A DNA stretch of 64,000 bases from Gordius albopunctatus (GCA_964276515.1 OZ193909.1:20832001-20896000); one strand, 5' to 3'. Shown: positions 21,059-35,205, counted from the stretch's first letter. Notes: generated by a model not told the origin, from the letters alone. Numbers and translations: made by a program.

Positions 21059-23830
21059 TAGAGCCTGCAAAGTCACTTTTTTTCAACCCGAAAGCTTTAA
21101 AATTTTTTCAACCCGAATCCGACCCGAAAGCGTTTTAAGCCAAAGTGATTGGTGTAAAATTGATATTGATGGTGTTAAATGGCAACAAAATGTTATCTCC
21201 AAAAAAACAAAACAGATTAAACAAACTCGGGCCTTCGGCCCTCGTGGGAAGGGGGAAGGGGAGGGAAGGGGGAAGGGGAGGAGGGGAAGGAAGGGGGAAC
21301 TCATCTACACTCCGTATAAATGTATCATATTTGCTATGCAATTTATGGAAATACTTACGTGAATATTGCAAAACGAAGGTTGGAAGCACTAAATAAGTGT
21401 ATATGCCAAATATCATAAAGGGGGAGAGAGGGAGCGAAGGGGAAGCTTTATGGTTAGTTAAATTCTACGGGAGTTGTATTACAAAAAAGTCATAATAGCA
21501 ATGGTAGGAACAGGAACAATCATAATAGTCAAAAAAAACGAAAAAAAAATTTTCGAATCACATTTTGGCCAAAGGTCATTTTTTTCCATTGGTCAGCAGC
21601 CAGGACACGGTAAAAGTGGATATAAATTCATAATAGTCAAAAAAAACGAAAAAAAAGTTTTCGAATCACATTTTGGCCAATGGTTATTTTATTCCATTGG
21701 TCAGCAGCCAGCGGACGGCCAAAAAGTCATAATAGCAATGGTAGGAACAGGAACAATCATAATAGTCAAAAAAAACGGAAAAAATAATTTCGATTCACAT
21801 TTTGGCCAATGGTCATTTTTTTCCATTGGTCAGCAGCCAGGACACGGTAAAAGTGGATATAAATTCATAACAGTCAAAAAAAAACGAAAAAAAAATTTTC
21901 GAATCACATTTTGGCCAATGGTCATTTTATTCCATTGGTCAGCAGCCAGCGGACGGCCAAAAAGTCATAATAGCAATGGTAGGAACAGGAACAATCATAA
22001 TATTCAAAAAAAACGAAAAAATAAACTCGGATACACATTTTGGCCAATGGTCATTTTTTCCATTGGCCAGCAGCCAGCGGACGGCCAAAAAGTCTTATTA
22101 TCATTGATAGTAACAAGAACAATCATAAGAGTCAAAAAAAACTCCGGGATTCTAACCCAAAAACTAGATAAATTGCATAGCAATTATTAAAAAGTATAGG
22201 GTAATTATCAATGTTAACCTATTCAAAAACGAACAAAAAATTTTGATTTATTTGGCCAATGGTAATTTTTTTCAATTATCAATGTTAACTTATTCAAAAA
22301 GGAAAAACGAAAAATTAGGATTTATTTGGCCAATGTTCATTTTTTCATTGGTCAGTAGCTAGCGGACGGTCAAAAAGTCATATTATCAATGGTATTAACA
22401 AGAACAAAATATTAAATTAATTAAAAAAATAAAAATTTTGCCCTCTCCGGGATTCGAACCCACATTAAATAGAGGCATAAGCCTTTGGAGGGGAACAGGG
22501 AACCATATAAATAGAGCCATAGGCCCTTGTAGGGGAGGGCATAGGGTAATTATCAATGTTAAACTAAAAATTAAAAATTTCGATTTATCTGGCCAGTGGT
22601 CATTTTTTCATTGGTCAGTAGCCTGCGGACGGTCAAAAATTCATATTATCAATGGTATTAACAAGAACAATATATTAATTTAATTTAAAAAAAAATAAAA
22701 ATTTTTGTCCTCTCCGGGTCTCGAACCATCAATTTAGAACGTTCGCCGGGATTCAAACCCACATTAAATAGAGGCATAAGCCTTTGGAGGGGAACAGGGA
22801 ACCATATAAATAGAGCCATAGGCCCTTGTAGGGGAGGGCATAGGGTAATTATCAATGTTAAACTATTCAAAGACGAAAAATTAAAAATTTCGATTTATCT
22901 GGCCAGTGGTCATTTTTTCATTGGTCAGTAGCCTGCGGACGGTCAAAAAGTCATATTATCAATGGTATTAACAAGAACAAAATATTAATTTAATTTAAAA
23001 AAAAAAAAAAATTTTGTCCTCTCCGGGTCTCGAACCCGCAACCTCCAGGTCGGGAAGCTGGTGTAAATAACTTGGTGGACGGACGGACGGACAACCAAAA
23101 ACGAGCCCATAAATTACATAGCAATTAAAATTTTAAAAGATGTTTGCCAGAAGTGAAAGCACTAGAAAAAAGGTAGATTCTAATTTAGACATTTTTTAAG
23201 TATATTTCACCCAAAGTATCCCACTTAACAAGCCATTCATTATCTTCAGTAGGCACCATAAAAAATGCAGATATTCTTAAACTTTTGCTTAATTAAAATG
23301 AGTCTGTCTTTATTTTCAATCAATTTTGATTTTAAGGTTAGTCTTGGTTGTGGCAATTGTGCGGAAACGAAAAGATAAAATTTGATAATTTGTTTAAAAA
23401 TTCTAATTTTTTAATCATGATAATTTTATTTTATTCTAAGCAAGTTGAGCATCAATATTTAAAAAAGAAAAATGAGAGTTCACAAATCGTTAATAAGTTT
23501 TGCGATATTAATTATATGTTTATTATAATTTTTAGCATCAATGAAGATATCCTACCTTTTTTACTTTTAAATTGCTGAAATCCAAAATTCAGATATAACT
23601 TAAAAGAGATTAATGAATGTGTAAGATAAATTAATCACATGTTTCAATATTAATTATAAAATATTATATATAATAGCATAAATTTAAACGATATATGTCT
23701 ATTATGCAATATAAGATTTATAACTTTTAACCCGACCCGAGTTTAAAAATTTTCACCCCGAACCCGATCCGACAGCATTTTAAAATTTTTAGGGGTCGGG
23801 TTTCGTTGGGGTCACCCGTGCAGGGCTCTA
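21059..23830. mobile_element. hAT-type MITE expanded to 2.8 kb by internal cargo
   Basis: Ends TAGAGCCTGCA... and ...TGCAGGGCTCTA, with 8-bp TSD CAAAGGGG (21051-21058, 23831-23838) and ACCCGA subterminal repeats. Short ~100-bp relatives lie near 8690-8805, 13370-13428, 26213-26308 and 30855-30950. Confidence 0.85.
21483..23050. repeat. Complex tandem repeat array (110-130 bp monomers, ~238-bp dimer, then ~300-bp units)
   Basis: Recurrent CACATTTTGGCCAATGGTCATTTTTTCCATTGGTCAGCAGCCAG monomers. Two near-identical larger units contain AAATAGAGGCATAAGCCTTTGGAGGGGAACAGGG. Confidence 0.9.
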
Positions 23831-24371
23831 CAAAGGGGCCACGATTTTCCCCTCGGAGGGCCGAAGGGGCCATGATTTTGGTATAGCTTAGATCCCCCTA
23901 GCTACGCCCGCCACTTCACTGGAACACACAAAAAAGCAATATTATGAAATGATTAATGAGAGCTACCAGAATGATCGATTAAAACAATTCATATCCTGTT
24001 CCTTCATCAAGCAATTCATAAATGGATAAAACGCACTCAATTAAGGTCCAATAGCAGCCATATTAAAACAAGAGATTAACCATAAATTTGGTCGATACTT
24101 TCTTATTTGAAAATAAATTCTGTTTAAATAGAAAGAAATATATGTGTACACATTCAAGGTAAATATCCAATCAAAGTTTATATATGTGAATATGGTATCA
24201 AAAATAAACACTTTATGATAAAGTAAAATATAACAATATTTTGCTCGAGGTATGTAACATATATATATACATATTCATCATATTAGGTGCTGCTACGAAA
24301 TGTATGTAAACGTGGATCTGTCTGTATCATAAATAAAAGCCGTGCTGATACTACTGACTGTAATACAGTGT

Positions 24372-27300
24372 TTATAACAATTTTGAAGCCATTATCGTGG
24401 CTAGGCCGGGTAGTACCTCGATTTTAACGTTACAACATTCGATGACTTCTCCGTCAATCGTCATTATAGGTCGATGACGCGTCCACCTTTTGAACCTGGA
24501 GGAATCGGCACTAACAAAACTTCCCGACGACGACGACGAATCCTTAGGATTAACTACTATTTCCTCGAGCGAAGTAAAGTAAGTGTGGATGGGGTCTATT
24601 TCGGAAGCTCGTATGGTGGTACACAAGAATTGGAGTAGTTGAAACTTTGTGACACCTTTCTTGAGCAAACACAAATGAGCTAGACCGTCGTCAATTTTAG
24701 CACCAGGCACGAGTTCCACGTTTTGAGCTATGTGCGATACGTTACTTACGAACAAGGATACTAGCTCCGTGTTATTCCAGGATGCGCCTAACTCGTCAGA
24801 GAAAGCGGTACAACGAGGAGGAGGAGGAGAATTAGGAAGGACGGCTTCTTCTAGATGGGGAGAAGGTAGCTGTTGACGAGGTGATTTTATCCAAGATTTA
24901 ACCGTTTCCGCGCTAAATAATCTACCGCCACAACCCTTTTCCACTACCTTGCGAACACGCTGGGGGGCACTTGCCCCCCTAGGCACGAAAGCTAATTCCC
25001 CGGCGTAATGTCTCAAACCTGAGCGTCAAAATGAGAAAAAGGAACCCATATGCTATACAAGTTTAATCCCTAAAAAACAGTGAGGTTAGGTAATCACATT
25101 TCAAGATTTAACCTGCATCAATTTTTCACAGTTGAAATATTAAAAGGTCCAAAAAATGTCTCTAACCTGTTTTACTATGCCAAGCATACCTCCTAAACTG
25201 AATGAATGACGGTAAGGAAACACCTTCAAGTAGGGGGGGGGGTTATTGTTAAAATGACAATTTAATACGAATTTTAGTAGAGTCGAGTTGGGTCGGGGTT
25301 TAAAAATGGAGTGTGGGGTAGGAGGATAGGGTAGCGAGGGAACTGCTACTTACTACAGATTCTCCAAAGTCCGTAAAGCAGAAATCGGAAGGTACCAATC
25401 AACCTAAATATTTCGCTTTCTATGTCCACGTCCGAGATGAAGCCCCAAGATAGTCCCAAGATGGAGTAATATATCCGGCCGTCGTCTAACGAAGTAATTT
25501 TCAGCAAATCTAACTTGGTAGTTGCACCCCTTACTATCATCTCCACGCTCTGTTCCACGAAAGTTGCTTCAGAGTATTGTCTGCCAAGGTGCCTAAATGC
25601 AGCATTTTTTCATGTTGTCAATTATAAGATTATTTCTACAAGTGATTCTATCTAGTTTTATTGCGATATGAGCCTTACAGATACTATATCAAATAACGAA
25701 ATTGATAAGATTAAAATAGGAATTAATTGAAAATTTATCATTTGAAAAAAAAACAAAAAACTTTTAGAGATTTTAAATGTTTGAGGCCTTTTCATGGGCA
25801 TAGCCAGCATTGGGATTAGAGGGGACACTAATTATTTATGAAGGGGGGGGGGGCAAAATGATCATTTTTTCTAAATTTTAGGCCCATAATTTTAATGATT
25901 TTCAACAAATTATTGGATGTGAAGGGGGTAATCCGCCCCTCCCTGCCCCCCTGCTTCATCCATCCATATTATCATGATCATTTTCTAGTTATAATTTTTT
26001 TTGTCTAAAATAAGATAGTTTGCAACAAAGAGTAAATTTACCCGAATTGATGGCATAGTGATGTGTGTAAAGCATTCCCAGTTCCACCGGGTATTATACC
26101 AATGGGCATTTTTATAGCTTGCTCCCAATCCGCTCTACACATCAAGCCGTTGATTACCTTAAAACCCATATTTATTTGCATTTATTTATTCCTTTAAATT
26201 CTAAGCCAACAGTAGAAGCCCGCATGGGCCCGAAACCCGACGGATTGAAAATTTTTAAAAGCTTTTGGGTCGGGTTCGGGTTGAAAAAAGTGACTTTGCA
26301 GGCCTCTAGCGAACGCTGATCAAATTTTAAAATCTATGAACATAAAGCAAGCTGGAGTATAATAAACAGGCATTTTGGTAAATTTAATGAGAGAAAAGGG
26401 CAGCACACTACCCCATATTATTTTTTTATAATCTTTACACCAATAAATACTCGGTGTTTACTTTAATTAAATCCAACCAGCTTACGCTGACACTTCATGC
26501 AATTACATCCAAATTATATTTAATAATTATTACATTTAAGATAGGTCCAATTTTTTTATAGATGTTAAATGATTAAATTTCTCTTCAATATACGTGTTTT
26601 CCATATAAATTAATTTTATTATAGTATGCGAGATAAAAAGTAAGGGGAGATTAATCCCTTCCCTGATCATATACTGTTAACAGGCATTCAACTGTGAAAG
26701 GTGGGATGATGTTGACACATTTACCTAAATATAAAACAGTCTCTTAACTCCTCTAAAATTCATGAGAGCCAAGTTTTACTTTAACCACAGACACACTCAA
26801 AAATGGACTTATGCCTAGCAAATTAAAAAGTGTCAAGTATTTTTTTTGCATTTGTTATAAAAAAATATTTGAGATAACTTTATTTAATATATAATCGAAA
26901 TCAAAAAAGGAATGCAAACAATTTTGATAAATAACTAAGCTAGGAAGTGGCAAAAATATTAAAATTAAGAAAAGAAGTCAAAATATTAATATTAAAAAAT
27001 AATTCATATGACAGTCACTAATTTTAAAAGTTGAAAAAATAACTAGTTGGCAATCACTTAATTACAAAGAATTCAACAAATTTTATATAAAGATTAGCAA
27101 ATGAAAAATAATTTCAATACTCATTTTTAGATTCTGTAAAATTAATGTTGTTAGATAAAACTACTTCATAAATAAGACCATCTCCAGATATTATAATCAC
27201 AGCTTTCCATTCTTCAAGTTTCAACTCACGAGTTATGTCATAAGCATGATTTTTTCTTTCTAGTCAATAATTTAATCCTGTGAAAATGAAATACCTGTAA

Positions 27301-27421
27301 CAATTAACTTGTAATGTAACTTGGCCTTTTCAAATTCAGGAGAAACATATTTATGAAAAATACTCAAACCAGTTCCTTTCCCACTAAAGGGATTAATAAA
27401 TATCAAAAATTCATTGTCCAT
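24372..27421 (-). CDS. SPHK: Sphingosine kinase, 5 coding exons (N-terminus uncertain)
   Basis: Exons 27421-27295, 27259-27165, 26157-26042, 25592-25354, 25018-24372. Motifs LIFINPFSGKG, TERKNHA, SGDGLIYEVING, IIPGGTGNAL, WGFISDVDIESE, MTIDGE. The ATG at 27421 has an upstream in-frame stop, but further 5' exons cannot be excluded. Confidence 0.92.
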
Positions 27422-28205
27422 ATAAATCAAGAAAATTCAAAAAAACATATGATTGCAGCTGCTCCAAAAGTTACGGACAAAAATAAAAAGCATTGAAGGT
27501 TAAGCATTTAAATATCGATAAATAAATGCAATAGATGACTCGAATGTGGTCTTAGTGTGAATAAAACATAAAAAATTGATAAATACAAGGATTAAATATG
27601 ATGATTTGAAAAGCGCCTAATTTTTTAAATGTAAAGGATAGCATAAAAAGTTAAAATTCACCAATTAGTCTATAATCTATAATATACAAGGAAGGTGGAA
27701 TGGAAACACCAAAGCAATGCAATGTGGCCTGAAAAATTTAACAGAGTTTAAGTACAACTAATTTAACATAGCTCAAGCCATAGATACAAAAATGATTTGC
27801 AAAAGTAAAAAATGGAATTTTAATTTACAATTTTCTCGGTTTGACAAAACATTTAAATTTATATTAATTTACGACAACTTTTTATAAGGTGAAAGATAGT
27901 ATCGGTTTCAAATAAATTTGTATTAGATGATATAGATTTCCCAGCTTACATTGAATAGCTTATAACTTGAATACGAACTGGCTCAAGTTAATAGTGTAGT
28001 GATTAAATCCAATATCCCAATTTAAATCTCATTTCGTATTCGAGGCTAAGGCAGAATGAGTCCCGCCCATTTACAAAATAAAATGTCAAATTTGATAACC
28101 CAGTCACCCTTTTATGAATTTAACTTAAGGTCCATCGACTCTTGAATGCTAACACATGTTAGGTAAGCAACACAAGCGATAAGATGATATGAGGACGAAC
28201 GTGCT

Positions 28206-28403
28206 CGTGTTAAAAAAGGGCTGGATTTTGTTTGGTCGACCTTTGGTTTTAGTTGACTAAACATAAACAAACCAAATATTTATTGGTCTGTTTCTTATTC
28301 GCATCAATAAATCAAAGGATTATAGGTCAAACCATTGATCTACTTATGTATGGTCATTAAAACCAATGTCGACCATACAAAATCCAAGGGTTTTTATAAC
28401 ACT
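28206..28403. repeat. Interspersed MITE-like family rich in GGTCGAC/AGACC motifs
   Basis: Shared blocks TTAGTCGACTAA, GGACTAAGCCTAGAGGTC and end TTTACAACACTAG also occur near 2865-3140, 6835-6890, 11153-11288, 14005-14130, 15140-15320 and 29000-29140. Boundaries are approximate. Confidence 0.6.
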
Positions 28404-29518
28404 AGTCAGCACAACGTATATAAAGCAATATATATAAGGACGAGATAATGTCTAGTATGAAATAAATTGTATTAATAAAAATCGCGAAAAAAATAAAATG
28501 GGAAGACTTAAAATTATACTCATCACAAAATATAGCTTAAAAATACGTGCTAAAAGGACAAACTCCAAAATTAATACGGTCCTTAAAACGATAAATAAAA
28601 TTTATGGGTTTAGAGGATTGATGTGTGTAAAAGAGCCATTTAGCTTGAATTTTTCCCTAGATTTTTTTCTTTGACGATTGATCCATTATAGCCCGAAATA
28701 TCGAACCATTTCCATTAACTTAAATTCATAAAATGATTTATATTTTAATTTGAATATGCTGAACTAATATAAGACAACATCCTCTCAATAATTTATTCAA
28801 TAAAATCATCTAACTTAATTTATGTTCCATCAAATAAACATATTTAGTCTTTCGTCACATTCCTAATATATTTATAAATGAATATATGTAAAAGACTTGT
28901 AATTATCGAGACATTTTGGTTTCATTCAAATATTAGATACAATATAGGCTTGTTGCTGAAGGGCGAAAAACCAATAAATACAAAGGTCTTTTATCCTATT
29001 GGTCGCTCTAAGACTAAGGGTCTACCCTGGTCTGCCTTTCAAATTTGGACTAAGCCTAGAGGTCGAATGTGAAAAACAGACCAAACAATTGGTTGAGTGC
29101 TATTTGTTTAGTCGACCAGACAAAACGCAGCCATTTTTAAAAGAATAGTGATAGAAGAGCGATTTCTTAAAAAGGTCTGAAAAGCATTCATTTTATACTA
29201 CAACAAAGACTTGGTATTCTTTCTCCTGGTAGCCAAATACAAATTAAATGATCCACTCATTACTGCTACTATATTAGTAGTGCCAATTCATTTTCTTTAT
29301 CCTTTGCATTTTGTTTTATTTATTTTATTGTCAACGGTTTTTTTACAAATAAACTTTTAATATTTGCAAAATAATGAAGAAATATGTTATTCCACTTATA
29401 AACACTTAAATCATTTCGTAACAGAAACAAAAAATACTAACTCATCTATATATTTATTCGTAAACAGGGCTTTCATAACAATTTACAAAATTATACAATA
29501 TGTATGAATAAAAAATTA

Positions 29519-32500
29519 TCATTTCCGATTTTGCATTTTGAGCAGATGACTGGATTCGATAGGTTTGATAATGGTCCCTATAATTAAAACATAAATCGCA
29601 TAGCAATTAATACAAACAAATAATAAAGCAGTATGCACAAATTAGTTTAACAAGCCAAAATTGCCGTTTTAAACTTTTCTAACAAAAAAAACATCTTTTA
29701 AATTAAAATTCTCACATCTATATTAAACAATAAAATAACAATAAAAACGATATAATTTATAATTTCCCATTTAGCCGACTCATCTTTAACATTCAAATAC
29801 ATCTATATTATGATCTGATTATGGAAAATTATTCAAAAAAAACCTCATTCAGCGAAAACAAAATAAATTATTTTTATGAATACAAGCGACAACTCCTGAT
29901 GCTATTTTCAATTTTGAACGAGCGAAGGCAACTTTTCACTTTACCTAATTTTGTGATAATTTTGGGTTTCGTTAGTTCTTTAACCACGCTCTGCGGATTC
30001 CACAAACTGCCAATGGGATTCCGGATTGTACTTTCGAAATGTTTAACGTTGGTGAAGGGGTAAGGGAGTTGCGAAACCTTTATTTTTTATTTATCTATTT
30101 ATTGCATTTATTTATACCTGGAGTTTGGATATGTTTTTATCCTTTTCCTCGTTGATCACCACAAATTTCAAATTCCGATCTCTACGCTTGTCTTGGGCAC
30201 TCTTTATCTCATTCCTATAGTGTACGTCATAAATATTATTAGCACAATTTTTTAACATTTCCACCCTTCGCAGTCCCTATTTATAACTAAACCCTCAAAA
30301 TCCTTTGAAATTAATAAACGACACTTTACAATAATTGCAAAAGGGGGATTTAATAACTTCAAATTTTTCGTATTGTGTCGCATTTTTTGGCGTAGTTTTT
30401 TTGTATCGACCTGGACCCCTTGGCCCGCCCATTCACCCCAACCGGGCAATAGAGATTGATCGGCCCCGGCTAAGGCCATCAACTTTTGGCGTTCTCCTTT
30501 AAGGGTATCATCTTTGTGGGTGGCAAATTGACGGACTACGTCATCATCTGCAAATGCTTCCGCAATCGTCATTTTGAGGTTATCAGCCTTTTTAGGCAGC
30601 CCCAAAGGTCTAGGTTTGAGGTCCATAAAGGTCAGAGCCGTCGTTCGATCGTCAACTAAACTTCCACTGGGTATCGATTCACCCCCTCGCTAAAGGCAGA
30701 AAAAATGTTATGTTCCAATGTATAACTCTGGAAAGGTTGATTACAATTAGCGATATGTATAATAAAAACTCGTTTTTTTCTGACCCTCAGCTAACTTAAC
30801 AAGGCATTAAATTGTCATGCGTAGTATTTAAGAAATTCGCAAATTCGTTTAGGCTAGAGTCCTGCCCGGGTGACCCGAAACCCGACCCAAATTTGAAATG
30901 TCGGGTTAGGTGGGGTTCGAGTTGAAAAAAAGTAAGTGACTTTGGAGCTAGACGCAGTTTGCATCACCTCGAACTAAATGTCTCTAGCTTTCAATTCAAT
31001 TTAGTAATCAGCAATACAGGCACTAAATTACATTAGATAACTCTGATCATACATAACTTCAACAAACCCCACCAAGGAACAAAATTTCAATCCTACGGCT
31101 GATTTTACTCTGAGGGTCGTGGCAGGGGTATGGGGCGAAGTAGTTTCCATTTCTGGTATTATGCTTGAATCCACCTGCTCAATTCCATCACAAGATTCAT
31201 CTATGAGTGCTGATACCGCTTTACCATTATCAGCTACTCCGTCCTTTCTAGCGTTAGCATCTAATTCATCCGCCCCTTTTATTACATCTTTACTTTTCTT
31301 CACCTGCATAAATGTATAATTTTGAAGTACGAATCATTTATTTTTTTATACAGTAAACAATTTGTGAAGATGAAATAAATAAATAATAAAGTTAAATATG
31401 ATAAATATTTGGGAAACATTTACATACTAAGCTGCTATTAGATATACAAACAAGAGAGCAGAAAAGCCCGACCAGGCCCGGTGCCCGACACAGGGTAGGG
31501 TACCATAACAAGATTCGGGCAATTCTAAGCCAATGAGATTATTTATATATCATATCATTTAGTTTTGGTGTCTTATCTAGTTTTCGTATACTACTTTGTC
31601 CATTAATCGTGGTATTTATCCAAAATAATCCAACATTATAACCGAAATTAATGCTAAAATTTAAAAAACAACAACATTATTTCGGGCCGGGATAACACTT
31701 AGAACGACCCGGGCGGGCAATATAGTCATGAAATCGGGCCTGACCAGGGTCGGGCAATCATTTTTGTTACACAAATCTGACTTATAAAACAAAAAAGGCG
31801 AAAAATTAGTATAGCTTACGGCGGATTTAGAGGGTATGGGGTTTATCCAAGGGTTGTTGTCATCCTTTTGAATAAAGGTGTCAGGATTAAACACAGCATC
31901 GGGCCCAGCTATTTCTTCAACCACAACATCATTACGTTCTTCCTTCTCTGTTGCCTCCATCTCCTCTTCTGACTCGTCCCCTTCTAAAGATCGAGAAAAT
32001 CAGGAAAATTCAAGCTGACATTATTAAAGGCAACAAAAAATTACCATTCCCAAATTTTTTCGTCAATTCCTTGCTCAACTTGAATTGTTCCTGGAGAGCG
32101 GCTTTAGCCTAAGATATAACACACATAATAAAGTCTAAATCCTAAATTTTTAAGGGATGCATTAAAATTTGTTATGTCCGCCCTGGTTGGCAAAAACTTT
32201 TAACTTACAAACAAAAAACATCATATAAGATTTACGTTTACTGCATATTTTGAAATCTTTTATGCTCTGATATAAAGTAATTTGTTAAAAATTGAAAAAT
32301 TTGACAATAATATAAAATAAATACATAAAACGTGTGTAAAAAATATATGAAATAAGAATAATAAGAAGCTATCTAATATAAAATCTTCGAGAAGATCTTC
32401 AAACCTGGAAACGGGTTTAAATTGTGTTTGGTTAAGAAGACCTAATCCTTGTTTTAGTATAACAAGGGTATGGTCTTCTAAGTCTAAACAAAAGCTAGGG

Positions 32501-34991
32501 CCCATTGACCAAAGATGCCCAAACACAAAGCGACCAATTGAATACAACATGGCATAATTAATATCATAAATGTTTATATACGTTGGGGTCCTTTTTGGCT
32601 TGTATCAACATGTTTCTAGCCCATTTCCCCGTATTTTTGTGACGTAGAGACATGCGTTCTTGAATTCTCTGCTCTTCCAGCTGTTGTAACCGTTGAGCGT
32701 AAGCAGATTTATCGTTGGCTTTCAAATGTTCCATTTCATCCGTCTCTTTCTTCGCCTTTTCCCTCCTCAACATACGTCTATACCTAAGAAATTATTTATT
32801 GAAATATTTAGAAATTAAAAAATATTTGGTTTACATAAACTTATATATGTGTGGGAGGGAGTTTAGCATACCTTTTACTTTTAATCTTATTTTGGTGTCG
32901 GACCTTTTTTTGTTTATAAGACACTAAGGCTCTGTACTTTGCCAATTCCTGTTTCCTAGCTTGTGCTTCTTCCAAACTCATGGCTTTCAAAAAGGACTCT
33001 TCAGCTTTTGTGTATTCTTGTCCGGGCAGAATATTGTGTTCACTATTCTGTGGGTATAATCATAATTAATATTAAGTAAAAGCACCCCTATTTTATATTG
33101 TAACTAAAAGTGTTTACATCTTAAAAAAAGGTTAGTTATTTATAGATGCTTTTATTGGCATATTTGATATATAGATTAAAAATGATAAAATCATAAGCCT
33201 TACATGTGTTTTTGAATTGACAATAATACAAAGAAAATAAGGTAAAGGTTCAGATAAAAATTGAAAGGTAAAATATTCAAAAAAAATTATGATATAAGCA
33301 ATACCCAAATAATTTTCAATTCTAATTTATGCAAAGAAAAGGAAGGTTTATGAAACATACTTTAATAAATGTTGGGTTTTGGTTTATGCTGACCTTAAAT
33401 ACACATAATCCTCTAGGAGAGAATGTATTTAAAATATTTCATTAATTTGCTTATATGTAAGATACGTTAGATGTCAGCAATATTAAAGAATGACAAGCAA
33501 GATAAAACAGGTAGGCTAAAGGCCATATTTTAAATGTCAATTAAAAAACTGCTACAATAATAAAAAAGAAAAGTATTTTAAAAACAAGGCACACTATATT
33601 GGAACCAGAAACCAGACTGCCTGCCAGGCAACTATCGTAAATTTTAACTTTTGGGCAGGCACCATAACAAGATTTGGGCAATTTGGGCTCAATTTTGTTT
33701 TTAAAATAGTGTATTATATTGTTTTTGTGTATATTTTGCCAATTTTTTAATTGATTTCATAATGTTTGTTAATCCTAGTTCCCATTTAAAAAAAAATTCA
33801 AAAATTAAGATAAAATGTTTAAAAAATATAACGATATTAGTGATAAAATTTTTCAAATTTAGGCCGGGCAGTTCTGATAATTCGGGCATTACTGGGCGGA
33901 CACATAGAAGGGTTCAGGCAGGCAGATTAATTATAAAATAGGGCGGGGCTGGGTTTGGGCAGAAAAATTCTAACAAATCTGACCTCTGATTGGAACTAAA
34001 ATGCTTAATATTTTCATAACAAAATAACAAATTATTAAAAAATATGAGTTCAATCAAAATTAAATAATAAACTACAACCTAGTAATTTACAAAGTAATAT
34101 CATAAAAATGGATGAGATTTATATTGTTTACTTTGAGGCAAGCTTCCATTTCTAATTCAAATTCTGTCTTACTAAACTGGTTTTCAGTGTGAGTGTTATT
34201 ACAAAATGTTTCCGACTTAGATGCAACACCTTTTATCAACTCTACATCTGGATTATTTAAAGGAAATTTGATGCATTCCCTTATGCGATTAGCTTTCACA
34301 ACATTATCCCATTTATTTATAACATCTTCGACAACAGTTTCATAACCAGCAGTCATTTTTGCTTTATCTAATACAGGCTTTGTTGGGGGAGGGACTAGAA
34401 CTATCCCATCATCTAATTCAGCAGAACTAGTGGTGTTCAACCTCTTAGAAAGTACTTTAACTTTTTTGGAAAGTTCATTGTTTGTGATTAGTTTTGCTTT
34501 TTTATCCTTTGACTTCTTTGTTGGACTTTTTGAATTAGGGATATGTTCATAAAATGAAGCAAACAAATCATCAATCCCAACACTGGTTGCTATTTCACCT
34601 TCTGCTTTATTAAGAGCATCATCATTCCCATCAGCACCTAAATTTTCATCTATGAAATGTAATATTTAGAAGAGCATATAGGAGAGTATAAATTACTTTT
34701 AGTCAAATTAAATTCTGATGGATTCAAGCAAGATTCTGAGCGTAATTTTGACCTAAAGCAATAATAATAATTATAGCTATTTATACTTATTCTTTAATTT
34801 GTTTAAGTTTTTAATAGAGATGATGAGTTTTCGATGTGAACCTTGATCATCTAAATTAGTAGATTCAAACTAAAACATAGAAAAATTCAAAGTCTATATT
34901 ACCTTCTCATTGTCTGCCTTGTTTTTTGATTTCCTTTTCTATAAATAATATAGAATTTGCAATTTGTAATTACTTCTTTATTAATCACCAT
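29519..34991 (-). CDS. UTP14: U3 snoRNA-associated protein 14 (SSU processome), 14 coding exons
   Basis: Exons 34991-34974, 34938-34903, 34869-34787, 34752-34697, 34649-34132, 33047-32872, 32783-32582, 32108-32045, 31983-31820, 31303-~31109 (donor uncertain), 30689-30358, 30214-30118, 30077-29945, 29577-29519; phases are consistent. Motifs KWDNVVKANR, KIKSKRYRR, ERMSLRHKNTGKWA, LPGWGEWAG, LPYPF...PIG..WN. The first two micro-exons are less certain. Confidence 0.93.
33606..33988. mobile_element. hAT-type MITE in a UTP14 intron
   Basis: 8-bp TSD ATTGGAAC (33598-33605, 33989-33996), imperfect CAGA.. TIRs and GCCCG/CGGGC subterminal repeats. Relatives at ~31455-31780 and ~35973-36735. Confidence 0.75.
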
Positions 34992-35205
34992 AGCGGTTAT
35001 CTACACATCATTAATAGCATATTTATCAAAACAGATAAAAAATTATACTGAATTTAAAATTAATCCCAACAAATCATTATTTAAAAATATTACTTACTTT
35101 ACAAAAACTTTATTAAATGATAAAAAATTTACGGAATAACTGCAACTCAGGACATATGTTTTATAAACTCGCCAGTATATTGTTAGTGTTAAAGCCAACG
35201 CCAAA

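Noticed and set aside
21474..22190. 238-aa ORF and CRISPR-like look of the repeats
   Set aside because: The ORF is a read-through of tandem repeats. There are no unique spacers or cas genes, and the context is eukaryotic.
23018..23075. tRNA-like sequence (GGTTCGAGACCC T-loop/B-box on the minus strand)
   Set aside because: No convincing D-arm or acceptor stem, and partial copies recur in the repeat array. At most a SINE-like relic.
27422..28900. Extra upstream sphingosine kinase exons
   Set aside because: A pyrimidine tract precedes the ATG but there is no AG acceptor, and no recognisable open frame upstream.
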